Assembly (NCBI GenBank): GCA_022840695.1 | Contig: JALHDC010000001.1 | Location: 2,516-66,515 of the forward strand | Length of the DNA: 64,000 nucleotides | Reading direction: 5' to 3' | From: a bacterium | GTDB lineage: Bacteria; Patescibacteriota; Dojkabacteria; SC72 | Part shown: in pieces, positions 1-9,683 of the stretch | How positions within the stretch are numbered: position 1 is the first letter of the stretch | Layout of the letters: the number at the start of each line of letters is the position of its first letter | Made by a program: the position numbers and the translations under genes | The notes under the pieces: model-generated | Told to the model about the DNA's origin: nothing | The model's input: only the letters and a program-made list of their open reading frames with translations | Database searches by the model: none

Positions 1-1924
1 GGTCTATGTTATGTTCTCTTAGGTTATCATTACATCCTTGGTCAAATGCTGTTAAGTACATTATTACGGATCCTCCTTCGTTTCCATTTATGGATACTCT
101 TGTATTATTCGTATTTATGTACGGGGTTGTATTGATATTTGATATCTTCCAGCTATTACTATCATTCATTAGGCCTATTTGGTCTTCTGGGGGGATGTTA
201 TCCAAGGTTATATCGCTGTAACCAACTAAGCTTATGGTGTCATTTATTAGGAAACCTTCTCTGTAGGCATTGATTACGGTATCAGTTATATTACTTGATG
301 TACCCTCTACATTCCAGTTAAGGTATAGTTCTTGGGGTCCCAGGACAACTTGGGACAGGTCAATCATGGTAGGGATTACAAGATCTATACCCCAGTTAAA
401 ATATCTTTGCATACGGCTTATATCCACTCTTCCGTCACTTAGTAGCATATATTGGTCAAGGGTTATACTTTTGAAGTTATACATTCCTTCTAGGTTATCT
501 GTGAGGTTGGGGATTAGTTCTAGGTTAAATTCGAAGGTTACTATTTGGCTTCCTTGGGTTATTTCTATATCAGAGACTCGGGCTATATTATTTCCGCTAC
601 TATTTTTTAATGTTTTATCTGATATTACTGCCCATGTATTATTACTGTTAATTCCATACACAAGTGGGGGATTATTCCAGGAGTTATTATCTTGGAGAAT
701 CATTATTCCCAGTTCATCTGTACTGCTTGAGGTGTAGTTACTTACTATGTTTGGAAGTTGTGGAGTATTATTTGATTTACTAAACCACACTACAGTTCCT
801 TTTATTTCGTTATTACCATCAATATCCTTGGATCCCACCCTTATTTTAAGGGGGTTGTTTACCTGGGTTCCTGTATATTCTTCTGTTTTGCATCCTTTAG
901 GGGAGGTTGAGTCTTCTTCCCCTACTTCTGGAAGGAATTCCTCCTTAGTACACTGTTGGTCAGGGAGCATTAAGCAGGGCTCTTCAGGATCTCCGGTATT
1001 TGGGTCTATACAGTTAGGGTCAGTAGCAAGGAGTGAGGGGTCCCAATCGCACACATCTATATCTACAATTGGTAAATTGTCTACCTTGTAGTAGGTTTCC
1101 AAAGGAAGGGAATATTCTTTGTTTGTATTACAGAGATTTTCTGTGTAATACATTCCACTTACTTGTCCTTTAGCATTTTCTTTGAGTACTTGGGGTATGG
1201 TTAAGGAGGTTGGAGTAAAGTTTTGGGTATTATTTATTGATTCAACACAGTAGTCTTCTCCTCTAGAGCAATCAAAGGGAAGCCATTCATTGTCTATTCC
1301 GTAGTTATTGGCTCTAAAGGCATATCCCAGTCCATTTGAGGTTGGAGGGGTTGGTCTTGTTGGTATGGATGTTTGTACATTGTTTGCGGGTGAGGGATAT
1401 TTTACTGTGGTTGGGGTTGAGGAATTTAATGACAAAGAATAATTCTCACCATCCACTATCATGTTTAATGAGGTCGGAATTGATTGAGCTACATTACTCT
1501 CTGTTTTATAGCATGTAGTTCTTTGTGTGCATGTATTATTACAACCGTTTAGATATGTACAGCTTACTTCCTGAGTATCTGTACTACACAAATTATTTGG
1601 GTTAGTTGTTGTATATCCTGCTGGACAGGATGGTGCAGTACAAGATCCACTACAAGAATTATTACATGGAGGGGGAGGGCAAGGACAAGAGTAATCATCA
1701 CAACCAGAAGTTGCTTTTTCACAGACATATTCTCTGTAAAGAAACCTTCCCATTTCATCACGAACGGTTCTCCAATAACAATAATCACAACTATACATAC
1801 CTCCACTGTGTCCACAAGAATACCACCGACAACAACATTGAGCAGACACAAATTGTCTGGAAGAAACAAACAACAATATTACAAAAAATAATATTGTTAA
1901 AAATATTTTAATTAACTTCTTCAT
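1..1924 (-). CDS. Large secreted Cys-rich surface protein, partial (runs off the left edge, >640 aa)
   Basis: Manual translation from the ATG at 1924: MKKLIKIFLTILFFVILLFVSSRQFVSA-QCCCRWYSCGHSGGMYSCDYC...CPCPPPPCNNSCSGSC... It has a signal peptide, and the frame stays open to position 2 (...MYLTAFDQGCNDNLREHNID). It is absent from the ORF track because there is no stop codon in the window. Confidence 0.85.
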   Translation of the reverse strand, partial: MKKLIKIFLTILFFVILLFVSSRQFVSAQCCCRWYSCGHSGGMYSCDYCYWRTVRDEMGRFLYREYVCEKATSGCDDYSCPCPPPPCNNSCSGSCTAPSCPAGYTTTNPNNLCSTDTQEVSCTYLNGCNNTCTQRTTCYKTESNVAQSIPTSLNMIVDGENYSLSLNSSTPTTVKYPSPANNVQTSIPTRPTPPTSNGLGYAFRANNYGIDNEWLPFDCSRGEDYCVESINNTQNFTPTSLTIPQVLKENAKGQVSGMYYTENLCNTNKEYSLPLETYYKVDNLPIVDIDVCDWDPSLLATDPNCIDPNTGDPEEPCLMLPDQQCTKEEFLPEVGEEDSTSPKGCKTEEYTGTQVNNPLKIRVGSKDIDGNNEIKGTVVWFSKSNNTPQLPNIVSNYTSSSTDELGIMILQDNNSWNNPPLVYGINSNNTWAVISDKTLKNSSGNNIARVSDIEITQGSQIVTFEFNLELIPNLTDNLEGMYNFKSITLDQYMLLSDGRVDISRMQRYFNWGIDLVIPTMIDLSQVVLGPQELYLNWNVEGTSSNITDTVINAYREGFLINDTISLVGYSDITLDNIPPEDQIGLMNDSNSWKISNINTTPYINTNNTRVSINGNEGGSVIMYLTAFDQGCNDNLREHNID

Positions 1925-3449
1925 AATTTTCTAATAATATCTTTAATAACCTCGCATTTGTCCTTATGTTATAATAGTTATCATTTTCCCATATACCTTT
2001 CTTATTATCATCATTATACAAATTAACATATACAGATTTGAAAACCCTTGAAAGAAAAAGGTCTCTTAGCTCCATATCCTCCTGATAGGCCTCAATACAT
2101 AAAAATGAAGCATAAGAACTTGTATCCAATAAAGATAATGTCTTATTTATATCCTCCAAGAACATCAATTTTATATTATTTAATATTTCTAAAAAGAAAG
2201 GGTCGTCACTGTATTGAGAGGCTACTTTTGAGGCATAAGCCAAACTACACACATCTCTCACCCCTATCTCTCCTCTATATATATATTCGTATATCAAAGA
2301 ATCTTTAGCCATTTCTAAAGCGAAGGTCTCAAAAGATCCAATTCCCATATCTTTTACAATAAGAATATCTGGAAGAAAATTTATACTATTCTCCAATGGT
2401 AACATCTCTTCTGTGACCTCATAATTGCTCTTCTCAACAATTCTACTCAAACTTAAACTTTGTAATAAATCCTCCTCCCTAACAAAGACCTCTTGTTTTT
2501 TATTTTGTAAATTTTCTATATCCTTTTTAATTCCGTTAATATTGCAAAATTCCTTAGATAGAAGATTAAAAAATCTTCTATCTCCAATATTATTATCTAT
2601 TTCCTTAATCATATTACAACCAAAAGAGCTATTTTGAATGTGCGATATTTCCTCATTAACAGTTATAAAATCTTTCGATTCACATTCTTTATCATCACAG
2701 GATCCTCCTTCGGAAGTAGCTTCCATTTCTCTTCTATCTTCCCTGTTTTTTAGGAAATTCGCAGTCATAGATTCAAAATTAGCTATAGAGGAGACATCAA
2801 AAAAATTCGAATTTTCTTTCCCAGCATTTTTAAATAAATATGAGTCGATCCAAAGTTGATAGAGGGTTAAGTTATAAAAACCATCTGTATTATGATAAAA
2901 AGTTTCTGTATCTCCACTTTCAGACTTAATATCATATACTTCCGTAGTCACAGATTCTAAATTATCTTTTTCAAGTTTATTAAAATTCTTAATACTATCA
3001 TACAAAATTCCTTGACTATCAAGATATATTTCTTCTCCTAGCTTTAGATCTTCCAATTTAAACGTTATGAGACTATCTTCACTCAAGTTGACTGTTAAGA
3101 GAATGTTTCTTGGGATAGACCCTAAGTCCTGAATGTCCTTATCCGCGGACCAATCAAGATTTAATGAAATATCTTTATAATACAAACTCTCTCCCTTCTC
3201 TGTATCCCAGGCATTTAAATCAAATATAAAATTACTACCCTCTTCCCTTATGTTATACATTATACCCCTTACCTTGTATTCCTTCTCCCCACACTTATTC
3301 TCTACTACAAACCTCTCTAGAAATTCATACCCCCTTGGCAATATTCCGCACCTATACATGAAGAAATACCAATATCCTAGTCCTAAAATACATAATACAA
3401 AAAGGATACTTAATATCGTTAACTTCTTATTTTGGGCAGACCTATTCAT
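1908..3449 (-). CDS. N-terminally membrane-anchored hypothetical protein (513 aa)
   Basis: Long ORF with a single N-terminal TM segment (LTILSILFVLCILGLGYWYFF) and an acidic extracellular body; its 3' end overlaps the start of the downstream gene. Confidence 0.8.
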   Translation of the reverse strand: MNRSAQNKKLTILSILFVLCILGLGYWYFFMYRCGILPRGYEFLERFVVENKCGEKEYKVRGIMYNIREEGSNFIFDLNAWDTEKGESLYYKDISLNLDWSADKDIQDLGSIPRNILLTVNLSEDSLITFKLEDLKLGEEIYLDSQGILYDSIKNFNKLEKDNLESVTTEVYDIKSESGDTETFYHNTDGFYNLTLYQLWIDSYLFKNAGKENSNFFDVSSIANFESMTANFLKNREDRREMEATSEGGSCDDKECESKDFITVNEEISHIQNSSFGCNMIKEIDNNIGDRRFFNLLSKEFCNINGIKKDIENLQNKKQEVFVREEDLLQSLSLSRIVEKSNYEVTEEMLPLENSINFLPDILIVKDMGIGSFETFALEMAKDSLIYEYIYRGEIGVRDVCSLAYASKVASQYSDDPFFLEILNNIKLMFLEDINKTLSLLDTSSYASFLCIEAYQEDMELRDLFLSRVFKSVYVNLYNDDNKKGIWENDNYYNIRTNARLLKILLENYEEVN

Positions 3450-3450
3450 T
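3361..3450. repeat. 90-bp direct repeat, copy 1 (5' end of 1908..3449)
   Basis: 83/90 nt identical to 4581..4670, including perfect 53-nt and 25-nt blocks. Confidence 0.95.
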
Positions 3451-3451
3451 T

Positions 3452-4669
3452 CTACTCTGTAATTATAGATAATATAACAATTGCAACAGAATCATTAAAT
3501 ACTGATCTCCACGTATCAAATTCTCTTTTTACAAAAGGGAAAAAATTATTTAAATTATATTCCTCATACGAGGAACACATATTAGACAAGAAACAAAATT
3601 TTGCATTATAATCATTGTATGTATAGTTGCTTATCCTTACCTCGGATCCTTCAAGATTAAGATTCCTCCTTATCCCATTTAACCAGAATACTGTTTCTTC
3701 ATTAATATTATGAAAATTATACAAATAATTAATACTAGCTCCATACAATCTCAAATACTTATCAGAACTCATAGAACTACAATATTTAATATCATCCGCA
3801 AACAATCTTAAACTATCATTATATTCAGGAGGTAAAGAACCCTCTAAATAAAGAGATCCTATTAAATTACTCATATCTCCATCATTAACAATATTGTTTG
3901 TTCCATCCGGAGATTCTAAAATAGAAGTATATTCCAAACCTAATTCCTTAGCCGCATAACAAGGAAGATATGAATTCTCTAGACTGAAATATTCCATATT
4001 CTCATCTATGAAATTTTGAATCTCTTCCCTTTGTCCTTCACTCAACCAATCTTCTTCTAAAAGTTTTTTAGCTGCTAGAAGCTCTAACACATCCCTCTTA
4101 TACTGAACATTTTCATCTGTACCTTCTAATTCAGAGGTTTCCTCCTCTCCCTCTAACAACATCTCAGAATTTTCAAGACCTTTTCCCCCAAAACCATTCC
4201 TAATGATTTCAAAAATTCTAAAGAGATATTCATTCCTTTTCTCATCCATTAAAATTTTATTGCCTGATATGTTTATAATATCTGAGACATCTCTACTAAA
4301 CTCAACATCATAGTTATATCCAATCTCAAAAATATCTCCAATATAGTTACAAATTGATATCTCTTTTTCTAGGTTGTCAGATATATTCATATTGTAGACA
4401 ATGGCATCTACCAGAACGCACTCATTACTATCTTTAGGTTGTACATCTTTAATATATATATTTACATTAAAAGATCTCTCTGTAATCTTTTTACTTTCCT
4501 TTGTCTTGTATTCATACAACTCATTGTAATCACCCCAATCATTACTAACAATGGATATTGATATACCATCCTTCTTTACAAAGAAATACCAATATCCTAG
4601 TCCTAAAATACATAATACAAAAAGGATACTTAAAACTATCAACACCTTATTTTGGGCAGACCTATTCAT
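3452..4669 (-). CDS. N-terminally membrane-anchored hypothetical protein (405 aa)
   Basis: Long ORF with an N-terminal anchor nearly identical to that of 1908..3449. Confidence 0.8.
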   Translation of the reverse strand: MNRSAQNKVLIVLSILFVLCILGLGYWYFFVKKDGISISIVSNDWGDYNELYEYKTKESKKITERSFNVNIYIKDVQPKDSNECVLVDAIVYNMNISDNLEKEISICNYIGDIFEIGYNYDVEFSRDVSDIINISGNKILMDEKRNEYLFRIFEIIRNGFGGKGLENSEMLLEGEEETSELEGTDENVQYKRDVLELLAAKKLLEEDWLSEGQREEIQNFIDENMEYFSLENSYLPCYAAKELGLEYTSILESPDGTNNIVNDGDMSNLIGSLYLEGSLPPEYNDSLRLFADDIKYCSSMSSDKYLRLYGASINYLYNFHNINEETVFWLNGIRRNLNLEGSEVRISNYTYNDYNAKFCFLSNMCSSYEEYNLNNFFPFVKREFDTWRSVFNDSVAIVILSIITE

Positions 4670-4670
4670 T
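4581..4670. repeat. 90-bp direct repeat, copy 2 (5' end of 3452..4669)
   Basis: aagaaataccaatatcctagtcctaaaatacataatacaaaaaggatacttaa...cttattttgggcagacctattcatt, matching 3361..3450. Confidence 0.95.
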
Positions 4671-4688
4671 AGATATATACTAGGTTAT

Positions 4689-6524
4689 TTATTTACTCTT
4701 TTCAACCTTTTTCTGCTTCTCATACATACTCTCTAATTCTTTTACAGAAGTAGCCTCTGTAATACCCTTATCTCTACCCCATTCTATTAACCTTGGAAAC
4801 CTTAAAGAAAGACTCCTCTTCCCCTTCTTCATACTTATCTCATCAGCCTCTACCGTAAAAACAATCCTAGGTTCTACCCAAACATCTGGTATTAAACTCT
4901 TCTCTACCTCAACATTATTCGGTTTCTTCTTTACAATATCCCCCTCAAAAGACTTAAAGGTATTCTTCAATTGATCATCACTAAAACCAGTACCAACATT
5001 ACATATTGCTTCAAATGTATTATTATCCTCGTTATACAAAGCTCCTAGTATAGCTCCAACACCCAAACTACTCCTTCTACCAGAACCAAAACTATATCCT
5101 ACTGCAACCAAATCTATACTATCAACCAACTTACTTTCCATTGATTTTTTCAACTTAATCCACTCATAATTCCTAACCCCTGGTAAATATGTACCAATTT
5201 TTTGCTTAACTATGACCCCCTCATGACCCTTTGCTACAGTTCTATTAAAAACCTCATACAACTCCTCTACACTCTTAACCTCCACTGTTTTATCCTTATC
5301 AATAGCACCACCAACACTCAAGGTATTCAATATCTCAACCCTTTCCTCGGTATCTTTCTCGGATATATCAACACTATCCAAATACAAAATATCAAAAGCC
5401 ATAGCCTTAACAGGTATACTCTCTCTCATATTTTTTACATCATACTTTCTTCTCCTTTGCATAGTTTCTTGAAATGTGAGGAATTTCTCAATCTTTGAAT
5501 TCCACCCTAAAACCTCGGAATCAAGAATAAAGGAATCTCTATCTATAGCCATAGCACTTTCTACTACCTCTGGAAACATTTCGGTCACATCTTCAAGGTT
5601 CCTTGTAAAAAGCTTCACTTCATACTTGTTTTCTACACTACTAAAAAGAGAGCTATTATCCTCACTCTCTAAATATTTCAACCATACAGACTCCTTGTGC
5701 CTTAACTCTCCCTTTTCATACTTATGAATCTGGCATCTTAAACCGTCATACTTACTCTGTACAAGAACAGAATCTCCCAACCTTTCGAACACCTCTTCAA
5801 AGGTAGCTACCCTTTCAACTAATCTAGACAAAACAGGAACTCCAGGCTCTATCCTAACACCCTTCAAATTCTTCTCAACCTCTTCTTTTGTATTTTCTAC
5901 TACTAACGAACATATATATCCAATATCTGCATATGCCCCATATGCCCTATCCAACTCTTCCCTTATACCTTTGTCTCCCTGTACTACAAAAGAAAAGACG
6001 TCTAAAAGGGTCTTTGAATTAACTCCAAACCTTAAAGACCCGCAAACTATCCTAGCAAAATATTTAGCTTCTAATGGAGATAGTTTTTTTAATGTATCAG
6101 CAATTATTCCATTCTTTTTCTCTACAGAACCTGTACCATATGTCTTAACTATTTTCCAAAGTATTTCATATATTTCTTCTAAAAAAAGCCCTCCTGACTT
6201 GTATTTTAATTCTTTAACAAAATATTCCAATGTGTCTCCAATATCTCCCAATTCATTCCTTTTCTTCCCAATATTCTCTTTTCTTCCCCCTACTTTCAAA
6301 ATATCTCCTAACAAAGAAACAAAACTTTTTTCAGAATAGTTAAATTCTTTATTTACAAAAAAAGGCACAACCCTTCCAAGTATTAAGTAGGAAAGAATTT
6401 GAGAATCCTCCTTGTTCAGATCTTTGTAAAAGGAAGATAAAATACTAGTCATCTCATTTCGAGAGGCTGTACTCTCTAAATTATTGAAGATTTCACATAC
6501 ACGACTGAATGTTACGTTTTTCAT
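4689..6524 (-). CDS. lig: ATP-dependent DNA ligase (archaeal/LigB-type, with N-terminal DNA-binding, adenylation and OB domains)
   Basis: Motif I KYDGLRCQIH, FTRNLEDVTEMFPE, ILDSE, AFDILYL, EGVIVK, WIKLK, GTGFSD and SLRFPR. Confidence 0.95.
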   Translation of the reverse strand: MKNVTFSRVCEIFNNLESTASRNEMTSILSSFYKDLNKEDSQILSYLILGRVVPFFVNKEFNYSEKSFVSLLGDILKVGGRKENIGKKRNELGDIGDTLEYFVKELKYKSGGLFLEEIYEILWKIVKTYGTGSVEKKNGIIADTLKKLSPLEAKYFARIVCGSLRFGVNSKTLLDVFSFVVQGDKGIREELDRAYGAYADIGYICSLVVENTKEEVEKNLKGVRIEPGVPVLSRLVERVATFEEVFERLGDSVLVQSKYDGLRCQIHKYEKGELRHKESVWLKYLESEDNSSLFSSVENKYEVKLFTRNLEDVTEMFPEVVESAMAIDRDSFILDSEVLGWNSKIEKFLTFQETMQRRRKYDVKNMRESIPVKAMAFDILYLDSVDISEKDTEERVEILNTLSVGGAIDKDKTVEVKSVEELYEVFNRTVAKGHEGVIVKQKIGTYLPGVRNYEWIKLKKSMESKLVDSIDLVAVGYSFGSGRRSSLGVGAILGALYNEDNNTFEAICNVGTGFSDDQLKNTFKSFEGDIVKKKPNNVEVEKSLIPDVWVEPRIVFTVEADEISMKKGKRSLSLRFPRLIEWGRDKGITEATSVKELESMYEKQKKVEKSK

Positions 6525-6525
6525 A

Positions 6526-6915
6526 CTAAGAAGGAGTATAGATATATGAGGTAGATTTTGTTAACCCCTCTTGAGACACTATCCCTTTAGCAACTAACAC
6601 ATCCATATCTCGTCTAATTGTCCTTGTTGAAACATTTGGAATTAGGCTATATATCTCACTTGGATCCATTCTACCCTCTTGTCTAATTCTTTCTAAAATT
6701 TTCATCTGCCTTTCATTAAGGCTTAAATCCAATGAAATTTTATTGGACGATATTTTTACTCTACCCTCTTCCTCATTTTCATCAAGAAATACATGATCAG
6801 TTTCTTTACTCTTCTTCTGTTTTAAAAATATAATCAAAAAAAGGGTTAAACCAAAAGTCAGAAGAGTTATTAAATTGAACAGAAAGGAGCTGCTATTTTC
6901 TTCAGAGGTTTTCAT
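6526..6915 (-). CDS. Membrane-anchored DeoR-type winged-HTH protein
   Basis: N-terminal TM plus LNERQMKIL...NVSTRTIRRDMDVLVAKGIV. The start was moved to ATG 6915, which lies 7 nt after a TATAAT. Confidence 0.75.
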   Translation of the reverse strand: MKTSEENSSSFLFNLITLLTFGLTLFLIIFLKQKKSKETDHVFLDENEEEGRVKISSNKISLDLSLNERQMKILERIRQEGRMDPSEIYSLIPNVSTRTIRRDMDVLVAKGIVSQEGLTKSTSYIYTPS

Positions 6916-6995
6916 AACATACATTATATATTTTAAATCAGAACTTGTTAAATCCTATTTAAAGTTTCAGGAGGTACTAGATTTAATTCAAACTA

Positions 6996-9668
6996 CTATT
7001 TCAATTCGGACATGTTATCGCCAACTGAAGCGTGGACTAGTAAAGGAACTTCAAAAGAAATAGCTTCTTCCATAATCTTTTGAGAAATCTCTACGAAGTC
7101 GTCCATCCTATTCTCCTTAACCTCAAATACTAATTCATCATGTATTTGAAGAAGAATATATGCTTCATCTTTAAAGTTTTTTTGTATTTCTTCATCTAAT
7201 TTAATCATTGCCAATTTCATAATATCTGCTTCACTTCCCTGTATAGGCATATTAACAGCTTCCCTTTGAGCTGCCTTCATCATCCTTATATTCTTAGACC
7301 TAAGTCCCCTAATATTCCTTGTAGTTCCAAACATACTCTGAACATATCCTCTCTTGTAAGCCTCCTTCTCTAGATTTCTAATATATTCTTCTACTCCTTT
7401 GTAGTGACCAAAATAGCTTTGAATGTATTCGGATGCCAAACTACTATCTATACCTAGCATACTGGCTAAACCGTAAGCTGTTTGCCCAAAAAGAATTCCA
7501 AAATTTACTGTTTTACCAATACTTCTCTCCTGCTTAGTAACATCTTCCATCTCTTTGTTTAACAACCTTGACGCTGTCGCTTTATGTATATCCAAATTAT
7601 CCCTAAAGTCCGCTATTAACAGATCATCCTTAGATATATCAGCCATTATTCTTAACTCCATTTGAGAATAGTCCATAGCTACTAGTTTAAATCCTTTCCT
7701 AGCAACAAACGATTTTCTTAATTTCTCAGCCCATTCTCCCTGTAAAGGAAGATTTTGCATATTTGGATTAACAGAGGAAAACCTTCCAGATGTCGTTCCT
7801 GTTTGTTTAAAATCTGTATGTATGGAGTGTTCTTCATTCTCTTTTGCCATTTCTAAAAGAGGAATGGTATATGTGGTATACACCTTGTTTAACTCTCTGT
7901 ATTCAAGTATCTTTGCAACACAGGGATGTGCATCTTTCAGTTCACTTAAGACCGATTCTTTTGTAGATGCCTTTTTGTTAGACGGGAGACCAAGTTCTTT
8001 GAAAAGTATATCTGAAAGCTGTTTTGGTGAATTAATATTAAATTCATGTCCCACAGTATCGTATATTTCTTTTGAGATGCTACTTATACTCTTAGATAGC
8101 TCCTCATTTATCTTTTCTAAATGTTGTATATCGACTGCTATTCCCCTACTTTCCATTCCATAGAGAATCATTGCAATTGGAATCTCTATCTTTCTTAATA
8201 CATTTAAAAAATAATCCTCTTTTACCCCAAGAAATGATTCTATACTACCCCTTGTGTAGTCATATAGCTCAATTTGATTTGCCTTTTCAATTTGACAGGC
8301 TTTTATTTCCTCTACAGTATCTAGCACTTTTCCTAATTCATTAGGAAAGATTTTTTCTCCCAATGTTTGATTAGAGTAGTCAAATGCTAGATCTTTTAGG
8401 GTATACTTACTTCTTTCGGAATTGATTAAATGGGCAAGAAGTCCGATATCGTATGAATTCTCTATTGAAATTTCTTTGAATTGTGAAACTGTGTCTTCTA
8501 GGTAATAAAATGTGGTTTCACAAACCAAAGGCTCTGTGCAACTGAAATTTTTAACTAAATAATCCCCTTTTTCACCCTTCTTGTCCACAATTCTAATCAT
8601 AAAGTAAGAGTCTCCGGTTGCGGACTCAGAGCTACTAATATAGACAACTGTTACCTTCGAGGCGCTAGTAATCATTTTATTAACATCCACATTTTCACTC
8701 CACACTATATTTTCAGTATCTGTAGAGAAAATATCTAACTGATTTGAAGTAACAACCTTTTCGTCCTCCTTTACATCATCTAACCTACTTATTAGCGATT
8801 TAAAAGAATACTTCTTAAATATTTCAACAACCCTTGCTTTATCAAAATCTTTTAACAAAGCCTCTTCTAAACGGACGTCTACGCCAACCTCCTGCTCTAT
8901 CTTAGCCAATTTTCTACTTAATTCAGCCTGCTCTACCCCCTCTAGGAGTAAATTGGCATACCTTGGCTTAATATCCTTTAAATTCTTGTATATACCATCC
9001 ATATCACCGTATTTTTTAAGCAAATCTAGTGCCGTTTTACTACCTACACCCTTGATTCCTGGAATATTATCCGAGGAGTCCCCTGCAATTCCCTTGTAAT
9101 CAACTAATTGTTCAGGATACAGACCTAAGTACTTAAATGTCCCTTCCCTATCATATGCTACCAAATCTTTAAAACTACCAGCTGGAAGGCACACCTTAAT
9201 ATTCTCATCCACTAATTGCAAAAGGTCCCTATCCCCACTAAGGATATATAGTTCTAGGTTTTCATTACTCCATTTACTGCTTCTTACATACTTAGCAATC
9301 GTACCTAATACATCGTCTCCTTCGAATCCATCCTTTTTAACAATTGGTATATTGAAAGCCTTGATAATCTCTTCTACCAATGGAAACTGATCTATCAAAG
9401 ATTGATCTGTAGGTTTTCGTGTTGCTTTGTAATCAACATACTCTAAATGCCTAAACGTTGGCTTATGAGTATCGAATGCACACAACACATATTTAGGATC
9501 AAATGTCTTCAAGGCAGAAAGTAACATAACTGTAAAACCGTATACAGCATTAACCTGAAGGCCGTCCTCCGTTTGTAAAGTTGGTGGATATGCATGAAAT
9601 GCCCTATGAATTATTGCATTAGCATCTATTGCTAGGAATCTATCCTTGTGTGTTTTAACTAAGTTCAT
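6996..9668 (-). CDS. polA: DNA polymerase I (3'-5' exonuclease domain looks degenerate)
   Basis: 5'-nuclease motifs (IDANAIIHRAFHA, EGDD, GDSSDNIPG) and polymerase motifs (TGRFSSVNPNMQNLP, DYSQMELR, KTVNFGILFG, QIHDELVFE). Confidence 0.97.
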   Translation of the reverse strand: MNLVKTHKDRFLAIDANAIIHRAFHAYPPTLQTEDGLQVNAVYGFTVMLLSALKTFDPKYVLCAFDTHKPTFRHLEYVDYKATRKPTDQSLIDQFPLVEEIIKAFNIPIVKKDGFEGDDVLGTIAKYVRSSKWSNENLELYILSGDRDLLQLVDENIKVCLPAGSFKDLVAYDREGTFKYLGLYPEQLVDYKGIAGDSSDNIPGIKGVGSKTALDLLKKYGDMDGIYKNLKDIKPRYANLLLEGVEQAELSRKLAKIEQEVGVDVRLEEALLKDFDKARVVEIFKKYSFKSLISRLDDVKEDEKVVTSNQLDIFSTDTENIVWSENVDVNKMITSASKVTVVYISSSESATGDSYFMIRIVDKKGEKGDYLVKNFSCTEPLVCETTFYYLEDTVSQFKEISIENSYDIGLLAHLINSERSKYTLKDLAFDYSNQTLGEKIFPNELGKVLDTVEEIKACQIEKANQIELYDYTRGSIESFLGVKEDYFLNVLRKIEIPIAMILYGMESRGIAVDIQHLEKINEELSKSISSISKEIYDTVGHEFNINSPKQLSDILFKELGLPSNKKASTKESVLSELKDAHPCVAKILEYRELNKVYTTYTIPLLEMAKENEEHSIHTDFKQTGTTSGRFSSVNPNMQNLPLQGEWAEKLRKSFVARKGFKLVAMDYSQMELRIMADISKDDLLIADFRDNLDIHKATASRLLNKEMEDVTKQERSIGKTVNFGILFGQTAYGLASMLGIDSSLASEYIQSYFGHYKGVEEYIRNLEKEAYKRGYVQSMFGTTRNIRGLRSKNIRMMKAAQREAVNMPIQGSEADIMKLAMIKLDEEIQKNFKDEAYILLQIHDELVFEVKENRMDDFVEISQKIMEEAISFEVPLLVHASVGDNMSELK

Positions 9669-9683
9669 ATTTCAATTCTACAT

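Noticed and set aside
6-1911. Plus-strand ORFs (6-221, 270-737, 747-1091, 1336-1518, 1606-1911) and the minus-strand ORF 1564-1869
   Set aside because: These are shadows or alternative frames of the long minus-strand gene that starts at 1924.
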